From assembly GCA_965235115.1 (NCBI GenBank), contig OZ249436.1, forward strand, positions 14,508,001 through 14,572,000: 64,000 nt of DNA, in the 5' to 3' direction. Every line of letters begins with the position of its first letter. Within the stretch, counting starts at the first letter, position 1. This stretch comes from Laetmonice hystrix (taxonomy: Eukaryota). Made by a program: the position numbers and the translations under genes. Shown here in pieces: positions 40,210 to 54,000 of this stretch. The notes under the pieces were generated by a model. The model did not search any database and was not told the origin of the DNA. It saw nothing but the letters and a program-made list of their open reading frames with translations.

Positions 40210-42197
40210 TTAAGAGCAGCCTCATTCAGGTAGTTTTCAAGCAAGAGCCTACGAGCTAAATATTCCACACCTATATTGAATGCATCATGCATGAATTTTT
40301 AGACCTGTAGGTTATTTTAACCCCCCCCCCCCCCTCATTCCGCATGGGTCTGACTGTACCAAGATTTATGACACATACAATGTAAACCCCCGTGTGATGG
40401 ACTTGAATGGTCTCAGCCAGTCTCATAACATTCTTTTCCTATCTACATTCATCATCAGCTTCCCAATTAAACCACTTTTCACCCACACAAGTGAGTTTTC
40501 TGTTGGCTTGTTTAATTCATGTTATTTTCACCAAAAGCGCAATCCCTGTTAAATTCCGAGGACTGCCCGGATATGTGATAAAGCCGCAAAGAACTAGTCA
40601 GTAGATGAGGACCCATTTGCCTAATTTCAGAGCCCACACAGATGTTATAGTGAATAACCGCAGGTACAGTACCCACCGTGTGACCTATAATCACCTCCGT
40701 CAATATTGCTTGGATTTGGTCTCTGCTTTCTCTATTGTTTGGTGACCAAGACATTTTTATTTTTGCATGTGAAATTTCCCAGACAAGCTCGAAAGGGTTG
40801 AGCTGGTAAACTTGGTCTGGACCAAAATCGAGCTCAGACCAGTAGCCTACCTACTAAACGATGGGTTAACGGGGGCTGAACGCTGTACACTGTGGGACGT
40901 AGCGGTACGTCTGCCACTGTCCGGCAGGGATAGGCTGGAGATGATAACAACTTGACGGCGTGCGTGTGGCATTGACAAACCAGACAAACAGCGACTGCCT
41001 TGTCTAAGGTTCTGGTTTGATTGCTTTGGGATTTAGAGGGTTATTCTAGTCTAGTCCTATGCTTCACATCGAAGTTCAAGTTTTGATACATAACAATTAC
41101 TGCATGCTTACTTAGAAACAGATTTGCTAAGTTCACTCTAGATAATGCTGCATTATTAGAACATCTTCCGCGGTCTATTTCTACATTTTGTCTTTTCCGT
41201 CAAGTACGCAAGTGGACGACAGCAATCCTATTTCCCTTTTCATGCCTAGAAACTTCTTCACTTAATAGAGATTCATCATTGTGTAGGTGCATGATGACTC
41301 GATGTCAGTAGATAGCTTGAAGTCAAGAAACAAAAACTCTTTTGTTTCGTTAATTTAGAAAAGAATGTACCCAAAAAATGTGATTAATGTAAATCGTCAC
41401 TGTGGTGAAAAAAAAAGATTATGGAGATCAGACACTGTTTGCATGCTCGGTCAGAACAAATCATACAGTGGGCTAAATATGAGCAACAACTAAGATATAA
41501 CATCGGTACAGCTGAATTGTTAACAAAATCACATTAAAAATGGCATGGCTAGGGATTAAAACAGTTACTGCAGGTCTTCGGTTGCAGTGATGAATAATTT
41601 CTGTATTTAAATTCTTGTAATCAGTGTTGTGGTATAGTCCCTGGTTAACCTATTCATTCAACTGTCCACCTGTGTAAAATCACCGACTAGCATAGACTAT
41701 CGCCAAATGTTATGGCAGTCTGCTGATTTTGAAAAGCAGTACATTCAGGGTGGAAAGTCAGAAGTATAATTTGTCATCGTTCCCATGTAAATGACAGTCG
41801 TTTCCTCAGCAGAAGAGTAAAGTAAACAAATGAAACTGCAAATGTACTCGGTGTTATCAATTTGTCCTATGTAGACTCCAGTAGAAGAGAAGTGTCCGTA
41901 CTCTAGGTGTCTGTATTTGATAGACTGTTGTACTATTGGATTAACTGTGATTAAGTGTAACAATTTCGTGTACGTGTCTTGTATTTTCCATTTCTCTCTT
42001 TTTATGAAAAAAAAAACTTCGCCCCTATGATTTCTGGAACAAGTACTTTGGAATTTCAGGTAGCGGTGCATGATGCTGTTTAACGATTAGAAAAATGACT
42101 TTTATTTAGTTCTTTTTCTCTAACAAACGGAGATGTTCTATGACAAGCTAGTGGTGTTAGTGTTCAGGAGACTACAGTGATCACAAAGGATGTGTTT

Positions 42198-45100
42198 ATG
42201 TTTGCCGGGTCACACAGCAGTCAGGACCATGAGCCCCTGGAAGAGCAGCGGGACCCCCTGGAGCCTCTCTCCAAGGTCCGGGTCATCCTGCTCAACATTA
42301 TGTGGTACGGCACCAGCACCATGTTTCTGGTGCTCTCCGTCGTCGGTAAGTTGAGAAAAACTTCAGTCATGGAAATAAATCAGACAAAATAATATTGGAC
42401 CAGTCCTTCGATGTCAGGAAAGACCTGGATATATTAAATATCGTAGAAACAATAAATGTGAGTAGTATATGAAGATGAGGGTGTCCCTCTCGCACACCTG
42501 ATGTGCCATCTCTACCACTCTGTGGAGTGACGTATGGTTGACCGATTTACCTATGTATATATTATCATTGTGGTGGGCCAGTTGTACCGGCACAGATTGA
42601 GACCATGGTCGGGTCATCACACAAAGGACGCTGGCTAGGAGGTATGGTGGCAAGCGGCGCAGGTAGGCACTACAAATTACACTCAAACTTCTCGCTCAAT
42701 CTATTTTTGCATCATTATTGCCCACTTATTCATCAGGAAAAGCTACGGTATGAAAGTTTAACACATCAGTGATAATAGATCTGGAAAGGAAAGGGGACTG
42801 ATGAAACCACAACATCTAATTCTGTACTGTGCAGTTTTTTGGTTGGATCTTTCCCAGGAGAAATACTCTGTGTATTCCTGTCGGTGCCAGTGACCAATTT
42901 ATCTCCTGTGCTATCTAATTTCAGTGTGTATGTTCGTGTCTGGCCCTCTGGTGGGCATGTTCAGCGACAGATTGGTTTCCAAACACGGCAAGCGTCGGCC
43001 CGTCATGCTGGCCGGCATGTTTGTCCTCTGGTAAGTTAACATTCCTCCAGATTAGTAGGGTCTTTATAATTACACTCCCAGCTGTCCGTACTCGGGAGGC
43101 AGGGGATTGTAGTTTCACTCCTTACGTTGGGCACAGGTAGCCAAGGCTAAAAATGTGGTTTTTTTTTTTTTTTTTGTTTTTCTTTCGTTTTGTGTGTGTT
43201 GTATGGTGTGCAGGGTTATAGAATCTCGTGAAGATTTTTTTAGGAGGCATATTGTTCAGGTTTTAATTATTAATTATTGTAATGTAATTTAGTAATCAAT
43301 CATACGTTGAGCATGTACCAATGTATTTTATTAGCAGTGTGAGTTCCTTAGTATGGGGATGACGTGCATATTGATGTTAGTCATATAGTTTTTGTCATCG
43401 GCTGCGCAGAAATAGTTTCCTATTAAGATGGAATGCATTACGGGAACCGTTGACACAATTTCCTGATGCATCGTCTGAAACATACCATGACGTTGACATA
43501 ACTTTTAATTTTTCATGGACAAATGACAGTATCCTGATTGCTTTTCTATTTATGGAAGTAATGTTGATAACATTCTCCTTTGCAGTATTGGCCTAGCAGG
43601 GATGGCTATAACGGCGCCAACAATAGCAATGTAAGTAGCTGTGCAAGTATTTCTTACTCGTGACGTTGATAGACAAACGTTGGCTTTATGAGGGGCAGGT
43701 CAGATGACCAGAGTTGCGTCCTCTGTTCTGGAGGGTACCTTGTCACAAAGCCATTAGTACAAAGGGACAGCAGAAAGTGTGTTTTTTTGTATGCTGCTGG
43801 TGTGTCAATTTTAAAAGAGTTATGATCTTGTGCAATAGAAAAACTAAATGCTGATGGCAAGTTGTGGAATTGGCGATGCATATCGACTGTTATTAACAGT
43901 TGAACTAATAAAAAAAAGGTGTAGACTAATTTATCAATGATAGCCAAAGTCAAGAAGTTTTTTCTTTTACAATTTCGACACTACTGATATAGGTGCAATG
44001 ATATAGCAAGATCGAAGTACATGGTAGCCTCTAAAATGGTAAACAAAAACATTTGTATACATTGAAGAAGGCCTCCACCACCCCCACAGCCTTCCCCATC
44101 ACTACTTTCTATTATACATAAAGTTGATATTCGAGTATCAGATATAAACAGTTAAAATGTGGCTGAATCTTATGTTTTTGCAATGGAATGAAATATATAA
44201 ACGAAATTTATCGGAAATATAGGAGTGCTGGGGACACTGTGCGTGAGTTTGTCGGGTGTTGTTTGCAGTAACCGTGTGACCAACCAGACAGGAGACGGGT
44301 GTCATGTGGACCTGGTGGCCCAGAGATGTCGACCCTACCAGAACCACACCACCGTACCAATGGTCCACCAACAGAAGGGCGCCCTTCCACAGCAGGGAAT
44401 GGCCATGCCCGAGAAAAAAACCGACTTAGACCTAGCCGAGCAGGAAACCTACGGAAACATTGGTAAGAGATACATCCCCCGTCTAGGTATTGTAATTGTA
44501 AAAAACAGAAAGCTACATACATTATAATATCGGTATTTTTGCACAGTATTGTGGTGTTATTCTTATGGCACTTTTTCAAAACTTTCCTTTATTTCCGTAA
44601 ATCATACCAAGGGACAAATCAGGTCATACTTTCCCTTGAATAAACCTCTCAGATAACAGGTTCAAGTATTTCTGCAAGATTGATGAAACCAGAATGGATA
44701 ACTCGTCTGTGTTTGGGTAAGATTGATGAAACCAGAATGGATAACTCGCCTGTGTTTGGGTAAGATTGATGAAACCAGAATGGATAACTCGCCTGTGTTT
44801 GGGTAAGATTGATGAAGCCAGAATGGATAACTCGCCTGTGTTTGGGTAAGATTGATGAAACCAGAATGGATAACTCGCCTGTGTTTGGGTAAGATTGATG
44901 AAGCCAGAATGGATAACTCGCCTGTGTTTGGGTAAGATTGATGAAACCAGAATGGATAACTCGCCTGTGTTTGGGTAAGATTGATGAAACCAGAATGGAT
45001 AACTCGCCTGTGTTTGGGTAAGATTGATGAAACCAGAATGGATAACTCGTCTTTGTTTGGGTAAGATTGATGAAACCAGAATGGATAACTCGCCTGTGTT

Positions 45101-48100
45101 TGGGTAAGATTGATGAAACCAGAATGGATAACTCGCCTGTGTTTGGGTAAGATTGATGAAACCAGAATGGGTGACTCGCCTGTGTTTGGGTAAGATTGAT
45201 GAAACCAGAATGGATAACTCGCCTGTGTTTGGGTAAGATTGATGAAACCAGAATGGATAACTCGCCTGTGTTTGGGTTTTAAACCATGATTCACAAAATT
45301 GTGAATAAACTTTAACTTAATAAAATGCAGAAACAGCGTTTCACCAATAACCAAATGTGGTCTTTTCATTTTCAGGGCTGTATGTGTTCTTCTACCTGAT
45401 TGTGGCCACCAGTTTCACAACAATGACAGTTCCCTATAATGCTCTTGTTGCTGACAAGTCTCATCATGAACAAAGAGGTACGACTGAATGACATCATCGT
45501 GTCACTGAGGTTGCTTGCATGCGTTGATGAGTAATTTATCCGAGTACCGATGATTGCACTGACTTTCAGGCGGCGAATTTAGAACAATTTTGTGGTTCGC
45601 GCTTCTATTGTCTGATCATGCAGTGCGTGTAATTATGGGGTAATTAAATCTAAAACCAAGAAAACCTGGGCCATTGTCAAAATCAGTGGATTCAAAGGCT
45701 GATTCCAGTAATGTTCTGTTATGTGTAGATGTCGTCTTGCTATTTTATGTATAAATTTGTTTGTAGCAGTACATGTAGTAGAGCAGTTAGCACCCCACGC
45801 TGCTTTGTGACTTGCAGTGATTCCGTGATATTTGTTCCTGTTTGGTGACGTTTGTCATGACTTAGTGTGTCTATGTCTTGAATTATTATAACAACTCCAT
45901 ACTAGGCTTTGAGTGATCTCATAACGAGACAGAATCAACGCCGGTAATCTTACAATAGTGAGGATTCCTTTGATCGTCATGAATTTCTCTTGATTTACAT
46001 AATTTGATTCCTCTCAAGATCTTAGATTTATTAAAGCATGGTAAACCTACTATCTATCCGCATTCTTGTCTGTGAAAGTCTTCAGATAGTAGGAGCAGAC
46101 CAAGAGAAATGGTACAAAAGTGTGGGTTGGGATAGTATTAGGTCGTTATGTTTGCATGCTTAGATTTCTGTTTGCAGGTCACGAATCATGGTGTAGCTTC
46201 CCTTGAGAGCTGATCCCAACGTTACATCCTGACAACGACCATGACCTTGATAGTTGACGTTGGCAAGGTGACCCTAATAATAGAAATTTTGAAAGGGTGC
46301 ATGCGCGGTAGGGCAAAAAGGCTTAAGGTGTTAACCCTAAAAATTCTAAAAACCTGGGAGGTGTAGAGTCATGACACAAACATTCTGAGTTTATCAGCAT
46401 GCAGCCGGTAGGTCATTCCATCAGTTCACTACATCAGTATTATTATTCTGATTATCTTCAATACTTTGAGATTTGCCCCACAATTATCCTATGTGCTTAA
46501 GACCACTTTTTCTGGGATAGAGAGAAGTGCCTTATTTCCCTGTGATATGAATTAATCAAGTGATTTCTAGTATTATTATTTCCGATTAATTAAGTGTTTT
46601 TTATGACCGACCAAGAGTTTAAGATTTGCCACAACCCCTTTCTAATATCACCGTTACCGGAGAAAATGTATCTCCAGGTTTGGTGGTCACAGCAGATGTA
46701 TACAGACAGAGAATGTAATGTCGTTTTGTCTTGGGTAGTGTGTTTTGAACGTACACTTTGCACTACACCTGCAGTTGGCAGCCACTGACCAGCACACACT
46801 TAGTTTTCTTTGCATTATAGAAAGAATATTGATTGGAGACATTAGCTGAGGTATCAGGGTGGAAGCGAGTCTTTCACACTACCAACTCAATTTGTAGTCT
46901 CACCTTAGGAATAGCTGCAATATAATTATTGACGTTTCTCTAGAAATAAGTGGTTATCGGTATGTGTTACAAATCGTATAGCATTAGTATTACATGCCAT
47001 GAATATTAAATCACACAAATCGATAGTGTTATGAGACCTATTATAAAGGCAGGGTGAGCAGCTGAAACCAGCGTTGTGTAGTTATCAGTGCAGTATTGCC
47101 GTCTAAGCGCTCTGATTTTCCCGTTTGCTGATGGAAACAGTTGCCATTGCAAAATAACATATGATGCTAAAGATCATGGTAATGCCAAAAATAATATGAA
47201 TCATTAAGGGTAATTAGTCCAATGTGACTTAGAGCCAGGTGTTGAATGTAATTGCACTAGTATCTTTTTCTCTGCCTAGGTCTGAACTCCGGAGTGATGG
47301 GGTTCATGATCCTGTTCGGTAACATCACAGGGGCGGCCATAGGTCTCATCTTTGTAGTAAGTTGTACTTAATTATACAGTTGTTCAAATTCGATTAAACA
47401 AAGTGTCTTCCTTCTGAGAACCTTCCAATGCTTATCAAGACATAGTATGTCAGGTATCTACAAAGTATATATCAGTTATAATAATATCTACTGTTGAGAT
47501 TTTACAATGATGTTTAACAGTACATGTACATGATATATCGTGTATAACCATGAGGTATTTATCGTTTGGACTGCAGAAAGTTAATTATGAAAGTTTCATT
47601 CGCTGGCAACTATAGTAAACCACCACTGGTGAACAATTTGGGTTAAAAAAAGAAGTGTCAATGTCCTGTTTATGTCACAATTTCAGGTCGGTATTCTCTG
47701 TGCAGGTTTTATTGCATTCATCCCATTTGTTGTAATAAGATAAGAGGTAGACAAATCGTGTATTTTTGTTAACTCCAGGACATCGGTGTACTGAGTACGT
47801 ACAGTATCGTAGTGGTGCTCATGGTCGTATGTGTCATCACCACAGTGGTGGCTATTGGCGAGGCCCCGGCCAAGGTCGACCACGATCCTATAGGTGAGAC
47901 AGGGGGAATACAGCGTTGGAGAGGAGGGGGGATGTTGGACTTATTTCTTTCCCTTTTTAAAAAATCCAGTCTCGGATTATTTGAATTCTTATTATCCTGC
48001 ATTATTGCCTACTGGTGGAATACAGTAAGAAAGATGTACTGTTAGCTCTTACAACAGTAGTGTCTGCAGGGGCGGATCTAGGGTCTATATTCAGGGGGGG

Positions 48101-51056
48101 TCCTAGAGGGGTCTAGCATAAAAAGGGCAAATCGAGGGGGGGGGGGGGTCCGTTGTGAAAACAAAAGGCATTTTGGTTATAAAAAAATTAATTTGGCAAA
48201 TTTGAGGGGGGGGGGGGGGGTGTGGACGTCGCCGACACCGCCCTGGATCCGCCACTGGTCTGATTGAAGCAATCCAGCATGGGAGTTGACAAATTGGATA
48301 GAGTCCGTTTACTGAGTGTTAAATGTCACAGTGAACCTTTTTTTCCAGCTTGGCGGGAGGTGTTCTCCGGATTCTGGGCTCCACTTAGAGGTAAGCAGTG
48401 GATAAAGCAAAGATTAAAAACACTGTAGGCCTATAAATAATACAACCGTAAGAAATGGTCTCCCCATGACGAGGGTTATTTCTCAGGTTAATATCATCCT
48501 ATAAGACTATCTTTTCTAACGCATGTATGCCATGGTCTCGGAGACCCATCATTCATTGGTTGATCTGTTACAGCTACTGTTGGCTATGTTAACGTCTTCA
48601 GACCCTCTTATAAATGTGATATTCTGTCCGTATTTAGCTTTCATAAGGCATTAACTTCACTAAGATAGAAAGATAATGTACAATATCGAGTAGGCTATTG
48701 ATTTCCACCTCTGTTTACCCAGTTAGAAAGGTAGCATGATACGTTTGTAGACCCGCACTAAGAGATGTTTATGGTCCTCTCTGCCCCCCACAGAGCATGA
48801 CTTCCGTTGGGTGTTCTTCACACGTTTTCTGATGCAGCAAGGCGTGTCCACAGTGACTGGGTATGGGCTTATCTTTGGCAAAAAAAAACATTAAATCTGC
48901 AAAAACCTGTAATATGTACCTCCAGTATAAAAAACAGAACTCTCTTTCTGTACCGGCCATTTGATACTCGTTTTGATATAGGCCCTAGTCCTAAGTCGAG
49001 AAGTCTGTATTGTCAGTATCTAGGCGTCGACTTAGTACTTTCTCGACGGTAGTGAAGATAAGTGAATGTCACCCACAGATTCCTTGAATACTGGGTGTCG
49101 GACATGGTGGAGCTCCCCAACTGCTGGACCCCTGAGCGCTCCGTGGCCATGATGCTCGTGCCGCTACTCGGGACTGCTGCACTCAGGTATGCCATCTGGT
49201 GGATCTAGGAGGAACTAAGTTATGACTTGGGGGGGGGGGGGGGTCACAGTGGGGAATGATTCTATCGAAAGGGGTAGTTTGGGGGAAACAATGAGTTTTC
49301 TGGTGGTCAACAACAGGCAGGTGCTTAGTCTAGTAAGCTCCCCATAAATGATGGCTCTGTCTATGCTCTTTATTAATAAAGATTTAGTAACTCTTGTAGG
49401 ATCATTACCTATTAATTTAATAATGCCGACTGAGTTCCTAGGTATTCATAGTTATATCTAGGGTTTAATATTCTTTATGAAAACTTTGTATAATATAATT
49501 TGACAAGAAGTTTTATTTGACCCCAGCTCCATCCTGTGCGGTGTAGTGTCGGACAGAATACATAGAAGAAAGCCCGTTGTAATTGTCGCTGGTGAGTACC
49601 GTATCTAACAGACAAGTGTTATTTCAATCACACGTGTCGGTGAATCGCATACCGTCCTCTATTAATAGTGTCCTATAGATCGTTATTTGAGGCAGTATCT
49701 CAATACTTGTTACTTTTCCAGCTATGATGATGTTTATCGTGGCAGCCGTCATGGCTTTCCTGCGGGGACCAGACGCTTACTACGTGGCCACCTCCTTCAC
49801 CTTTGTGTTCGGTGAGAACATTATCATGAAATCATTACAATCCCTGCCGATAGATGGCGGGACCAGGACTACGGTCTCGCTGAGTATTATCATGAAATCA
49901 TTACAACCCCTGCCGATAGATGGCGGGACCAGGACTACGGTCTCGCAGCCGGTTGGTCCACCGACGGGCAGTGTTAATGATACTAAAATGCCTGTGTTGA
50001 GAAATTACAGTAGAATGATATAGCTTGTAATCCACATACAGTAGGCTACAAGGTTATGTATTACCCGCTTCAAGCGATGCTATAGGGAAATCGGTGAAAT
50101 GATTTACATGATGAATAACGCAAACTTGTGGCGCCTCCTGTCGGTAAAGTTGTGAGCATTACACGTACATTCCGACGACTATATTACTATATTACATTTT
50201 TATTCTTTTTTTTCTTTATTCTGTAAGCAAACGTAGTCGATGGTAATTAATTTCTGTGAAAGTATTTGAACATAATGGAAAAGATTATCTTTAAAACTTG
50301 ATGAATGTTTTTTATGATGCATTGAGTTCTTTGGTTCGCCAGCAGAGGGGTTATAACTGTATCCCCCGGTAGATGGCGGTAGATATTGACACAGCCACTT
50401 TACAATCTTCCAGGAACTGGCTTTGGGGCCTACCTGGCCGTGGATTTCGCTCTTGTGATGGATGTCCTTCCTGAGGAAAAAGACAAAGCAAAGGACATTG
50501 CGGTGTGGCACCAGGTAAAACCATCATGATTCTTTGCCCCGGTTAGCTGGTATCTAGTTATTCTTTGGTAAATTGATGCTTGGAACAATTTCTGACCAGC
50601 CAAAGGTTGAGAATAATTGTCATTGCTCATGACATATTCAGATCAGAGGTCAGAAATGTTTGTGTCATAGATATATTTTAATTAAGACTATTCAATTTGG
50701 CGTAACAGTTATATTAAAATAGTATTTTTTTTATATTTTAATGTCGGTATAGGACCTAAGTCCTGAAAAGAAGGTGTTTGATTGAATTCAAACACCCTCA
50801 ATGTACCCTCATCTAAAGTTTATGCCCTACCTACCTGGGACCACTGTGCGCCGGTTGTCATGTTTTGGTGGTCGTGTCCTTGCAGGCATTGATCTTACCC
50901 CAGGCCATAGCGACGCCGATAGGTGGCGTTGTGCTCGACGTGTTTGAGAGCGTCAACTGTGAGGTAGGACTGGGCTACATCATGCTCTTCATCATCACCG
51001 CCTTCTACTTCTTCCTCTCTGGGGTCTTCGTCACCAAGATCAAAGGTGTCCAGTAG
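42198..51056 (+). CDS. Major facilitator superfamily transporter, 12 TM, SLC45/sucrose-transporter-like (GPH-related) group
   Basis: Exons 42198?-42345, 42582-42662, 42925-43030 (PLVGMFSDRLVSKHGKRRP), 43586-43630, 44269-44462, 45376-45477 (VPYNALVADK), 47280-47356, 47779-47893, 48349-48390, 48794-48860 (HDFRWVFFTRFLMQQG), 49079-49186, 49527-49591 (CGVVSDRIHRRKP), 49722-49811, 50414-50514 (VDFALVMDVLP...KDIAVWHQ), 50886-51056. All introns are GT-AG and phases are continuous. Both MFS loop 2-3 and loop 8-9 motifs are present. The start codon and first exon are uncertain. Confidence 0.93.
44676..45277. repeat. 43-bp intronic minisatellite, about 14 copies
   Basis: Unit GATTGATGAAACCAGAATGGATAACTCGCCTGTGTTTGGGTAA with few substitutions. 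It lies in the intron between exons 44462 and 45376. Confidence 0.95.
48067..48257. mobile_element. Intronic MITE with 17-bp TIRs and 5-bp TSD
   Basis: CAGGGGCGGATCTAGGG / CCCTGGATCCGCCACTG. TSD GTCTG at 48062-48066 and 48258-48262. Internal poly-G tracts. Confidence 0.85.
49820..49946. repeat. 66-bp tandem duplication in the intron, each copy carrying a CTCF-like motif
   Basis: ATTATCATGAAATCATTACAA(T/C)CCCTGCCGATAGATGGCGGGACCAGGACTACGGTCTCGC at 49820 and 49886. Confidence 0.85.
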
Positions 51057-54000
51057 GTGGCGACACCCCGGCACTGCTGACCTCTGACCCCTGCGGCAAG
51101 CGGACTTACCTGAAATGACCTTGCTTGAATAACGATATTTTGGGCAGCGTTTTCTTAATAATATTAAAGAAAACGACATCCAAAATGTGTTCATTACAAA
51201 AACAAGAAAAAAATTCCCACATTATGTTGTTGTAATCTGTGTGCATGTTGGCGGCATATGTACTTACAAATCTTTTAATGTACTTTTGCATTTATCTTTA
51301 TTTGGTGATAATTTTTACCTTTTGCAAATGTCATAGAATGCCTACCAATCAGTAAATTTTTATTTCGACATATATATATTGCAAACATACTTCTGGATCA
51401 GGTCGATAATGATTGCACTGATAAGCATTCTAGATAGTGTATTAAAGCGCTAGTATACCGATATCTAAGTATCTAAATTTACCGTTAAATTCTTTTGACA
51501 TATTGCCCATAGTGCTTAGAATCTTGTTGAAGTCCGATGTAGTGTACATGCATATAGTATCCCATTGTGTGATATCTGCACCGTCATGCCGATAACCTTA
51601 CTATAGAGACATGATAACTGTTGTGTATGAGTGGAATACATACAAACCCCGGTACAGCTGAACCTGAAGGTAGGATAAAACCATAGATCTACGTCTATGG
51701 GTAAAACATTGTCAGTCGACATGAATACTCTAGCCAAACCCAAGATGGAGACGGTTAGAGACTTGCTTTCAAGGCCAAAATTTACATTAACCCGACAACA
51801 TGGATGCACAGTGTTTGACGAAATGTTGGAACTTTTTCCTCCAGCTCTATACTACACGCCTGCATGAAGACTTTGACAGAAGGAAAAAACTGTATACATA
51901 ATATATATTTCTATATATAGACCTTCTGCATCTGTTATTACGGAGTATACAATCGGTCATAGGCCATCAGAAGTAAAAAAAACCATACAGATATCAAATA
52001 TATCGACGTTTATCGACCTTGGGTATTTGTAGAGCGGATTCCTTCCGTAATATTTTGGACAACTATAGCCCATATCGTAGGGGTACGTCGCATCAGTAGG
52101 ACCGCTTACAGCTGCAATCTTTCCGGGAATGTCCCTGTTGTCGGTGGTGCGTACACAATTTCCTGCTGATTTGTATCATAATGCCTTTCACCAACGCCAG
52201 CTGTGCAAGTTCTGCCAACTACACGGCCTTCTTAACTGTTAACTTGACGGGGAATCTTACTGTTTAGTTGAAGAGTCAAGACCCGGGCACTGGGAACTCC
52301 AAGCAAGTCGTCATTCGTCAACAGAAAATGATTGTTAATAGAGAGTAGTTTATCATCTAGCCACCAGGTGGTGGTAGTGGTAGCGTTGGATAGAGTTGTG
52401 ATCGGGGAAAGCGGTACAGTGTACAGCTCATAGATACGAGGTGCAGTTGGTTGTCGGGTCAGCTGCAATACTGTTACAATCTATCTAGTCACTGTGAATA
52501 AGTCGAGACGTAAACTAGCAAAACATCTTATATAAATGAGAAGATATTATATTTTTGTGAGTCTGGGTTCGAAGTCTCCTATACTGCTGATGACGAATGT
52601 ACAATGTGAAGTAATGTGAACGCCCTCAACAGCAAAATCACCCTAACAAATCTACTAACATCATTTCCTGTTGGCGAAGGTTGAGAGGCCTATACCTCCC
52701 AACAGACAAGTCCCCCTTCTACATACCTATGGTGATCACCATTTCCAGTTATTTAAACAACTCTAGGCAAATCAAAAATAAACTCAGGGTTTTAATGTTG
52801 ATATTCTGACTAAAGGAAAAGCTATCTACGACCCCAATGAGGTCTCTTGACTCCAAACTAAAGGTGTATCTGTGCGCACACGAATATACAAATGGTAACA
52901 ATGGCAGATTCAATAGACTGCCATGATCATTCAATCGAGAATGAGTTGTGACAGGTGCGTTTTACGTTTAAAAAGTTTGATCTGACATGGTTAGGGGATT
53001 TTTATGTAAGAGTTTAGAAAATGGTGAGGAAGGGTTAAAATGAAAACTGGTGATATACATTGTACTCAAAACGAGATTGGATTACAGGTAGACTGTAGTT
53101 ATTTAACATTTTATTGCCAGATATTACTGTTTTCCCTGAGGACTCCTAAGACACTATTATGGATGAAGTGCCCCTTTTCATGACATGACGTTATTCTGAC
53201 GTTTTCTCAAATGAAATGGTCAGACCAATTAAAGTGCGAACCGCCTTTTGCTCCGGTGTCATCCCGACCTTCATACCCCAGAGCCGAGCTGTATTCCGGA
53301 CAGCACGTAACATGCGCAGCAGCCATTCGACCTGCTAATCGTAGAGGACAGACTGGCATATTTCAATGTGGTCTCCAAGGTAAATCGATGGTACTTGCTG
53401 TTGCCCTTGGGTCCCATGCGGAGATCAAATGTCTTTTTATGCGGAATGGCTGTTTATTATAGAGTAAAAGTTCTTGTCCGCTTTAACCGCCGTTGTTTGA
53501 CTCAGCCTGCTGAAGAAGAGAGCAAGGTATCGTTTTGGCGTAGCAGAACGGTGCTCCGTACAATGTGTTTGGATCATCAAATAGTCAAAGTGCGGATTAG
53601 ATTATAAAATCATTTGAAATAAAATTCTTTGTACGGCTTGGGAATTATTCCGATTAGAAAGAGCAACAGTTTAGCTGGGAGACGAAGCAAATTTTCTACG
53701 AAATTTTCTAATGTTTCATGTAAATTTTATATACATTCTCTCGCCTTTTTGAAAAGGCAACTTGCAGCAATCGTCCACGTTAGACTAATAGGTTCCCGTC
53801 TACTCTGTGGAATACTTATTGGTGTCGGGACTAGGGGTACGGGCTACAGGTTCCCCCTATTCTAGGAAGGTACACTAAAGGACGACCTCCTATAGATAGG
53901 TCTAACCTCTGTATACCTGCGGGGATAAGGTCAGACTGTCCCGAGTATTATGGGAGGAAAGATTGACCATGCCCACCTCGTACATTACACACAGTGATGT

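Noticed and set aside
44662-45369. 235-aa minus-strand ORF
   Set aside because: Translation of the 43-bp minisatellite, antisense within an intron.
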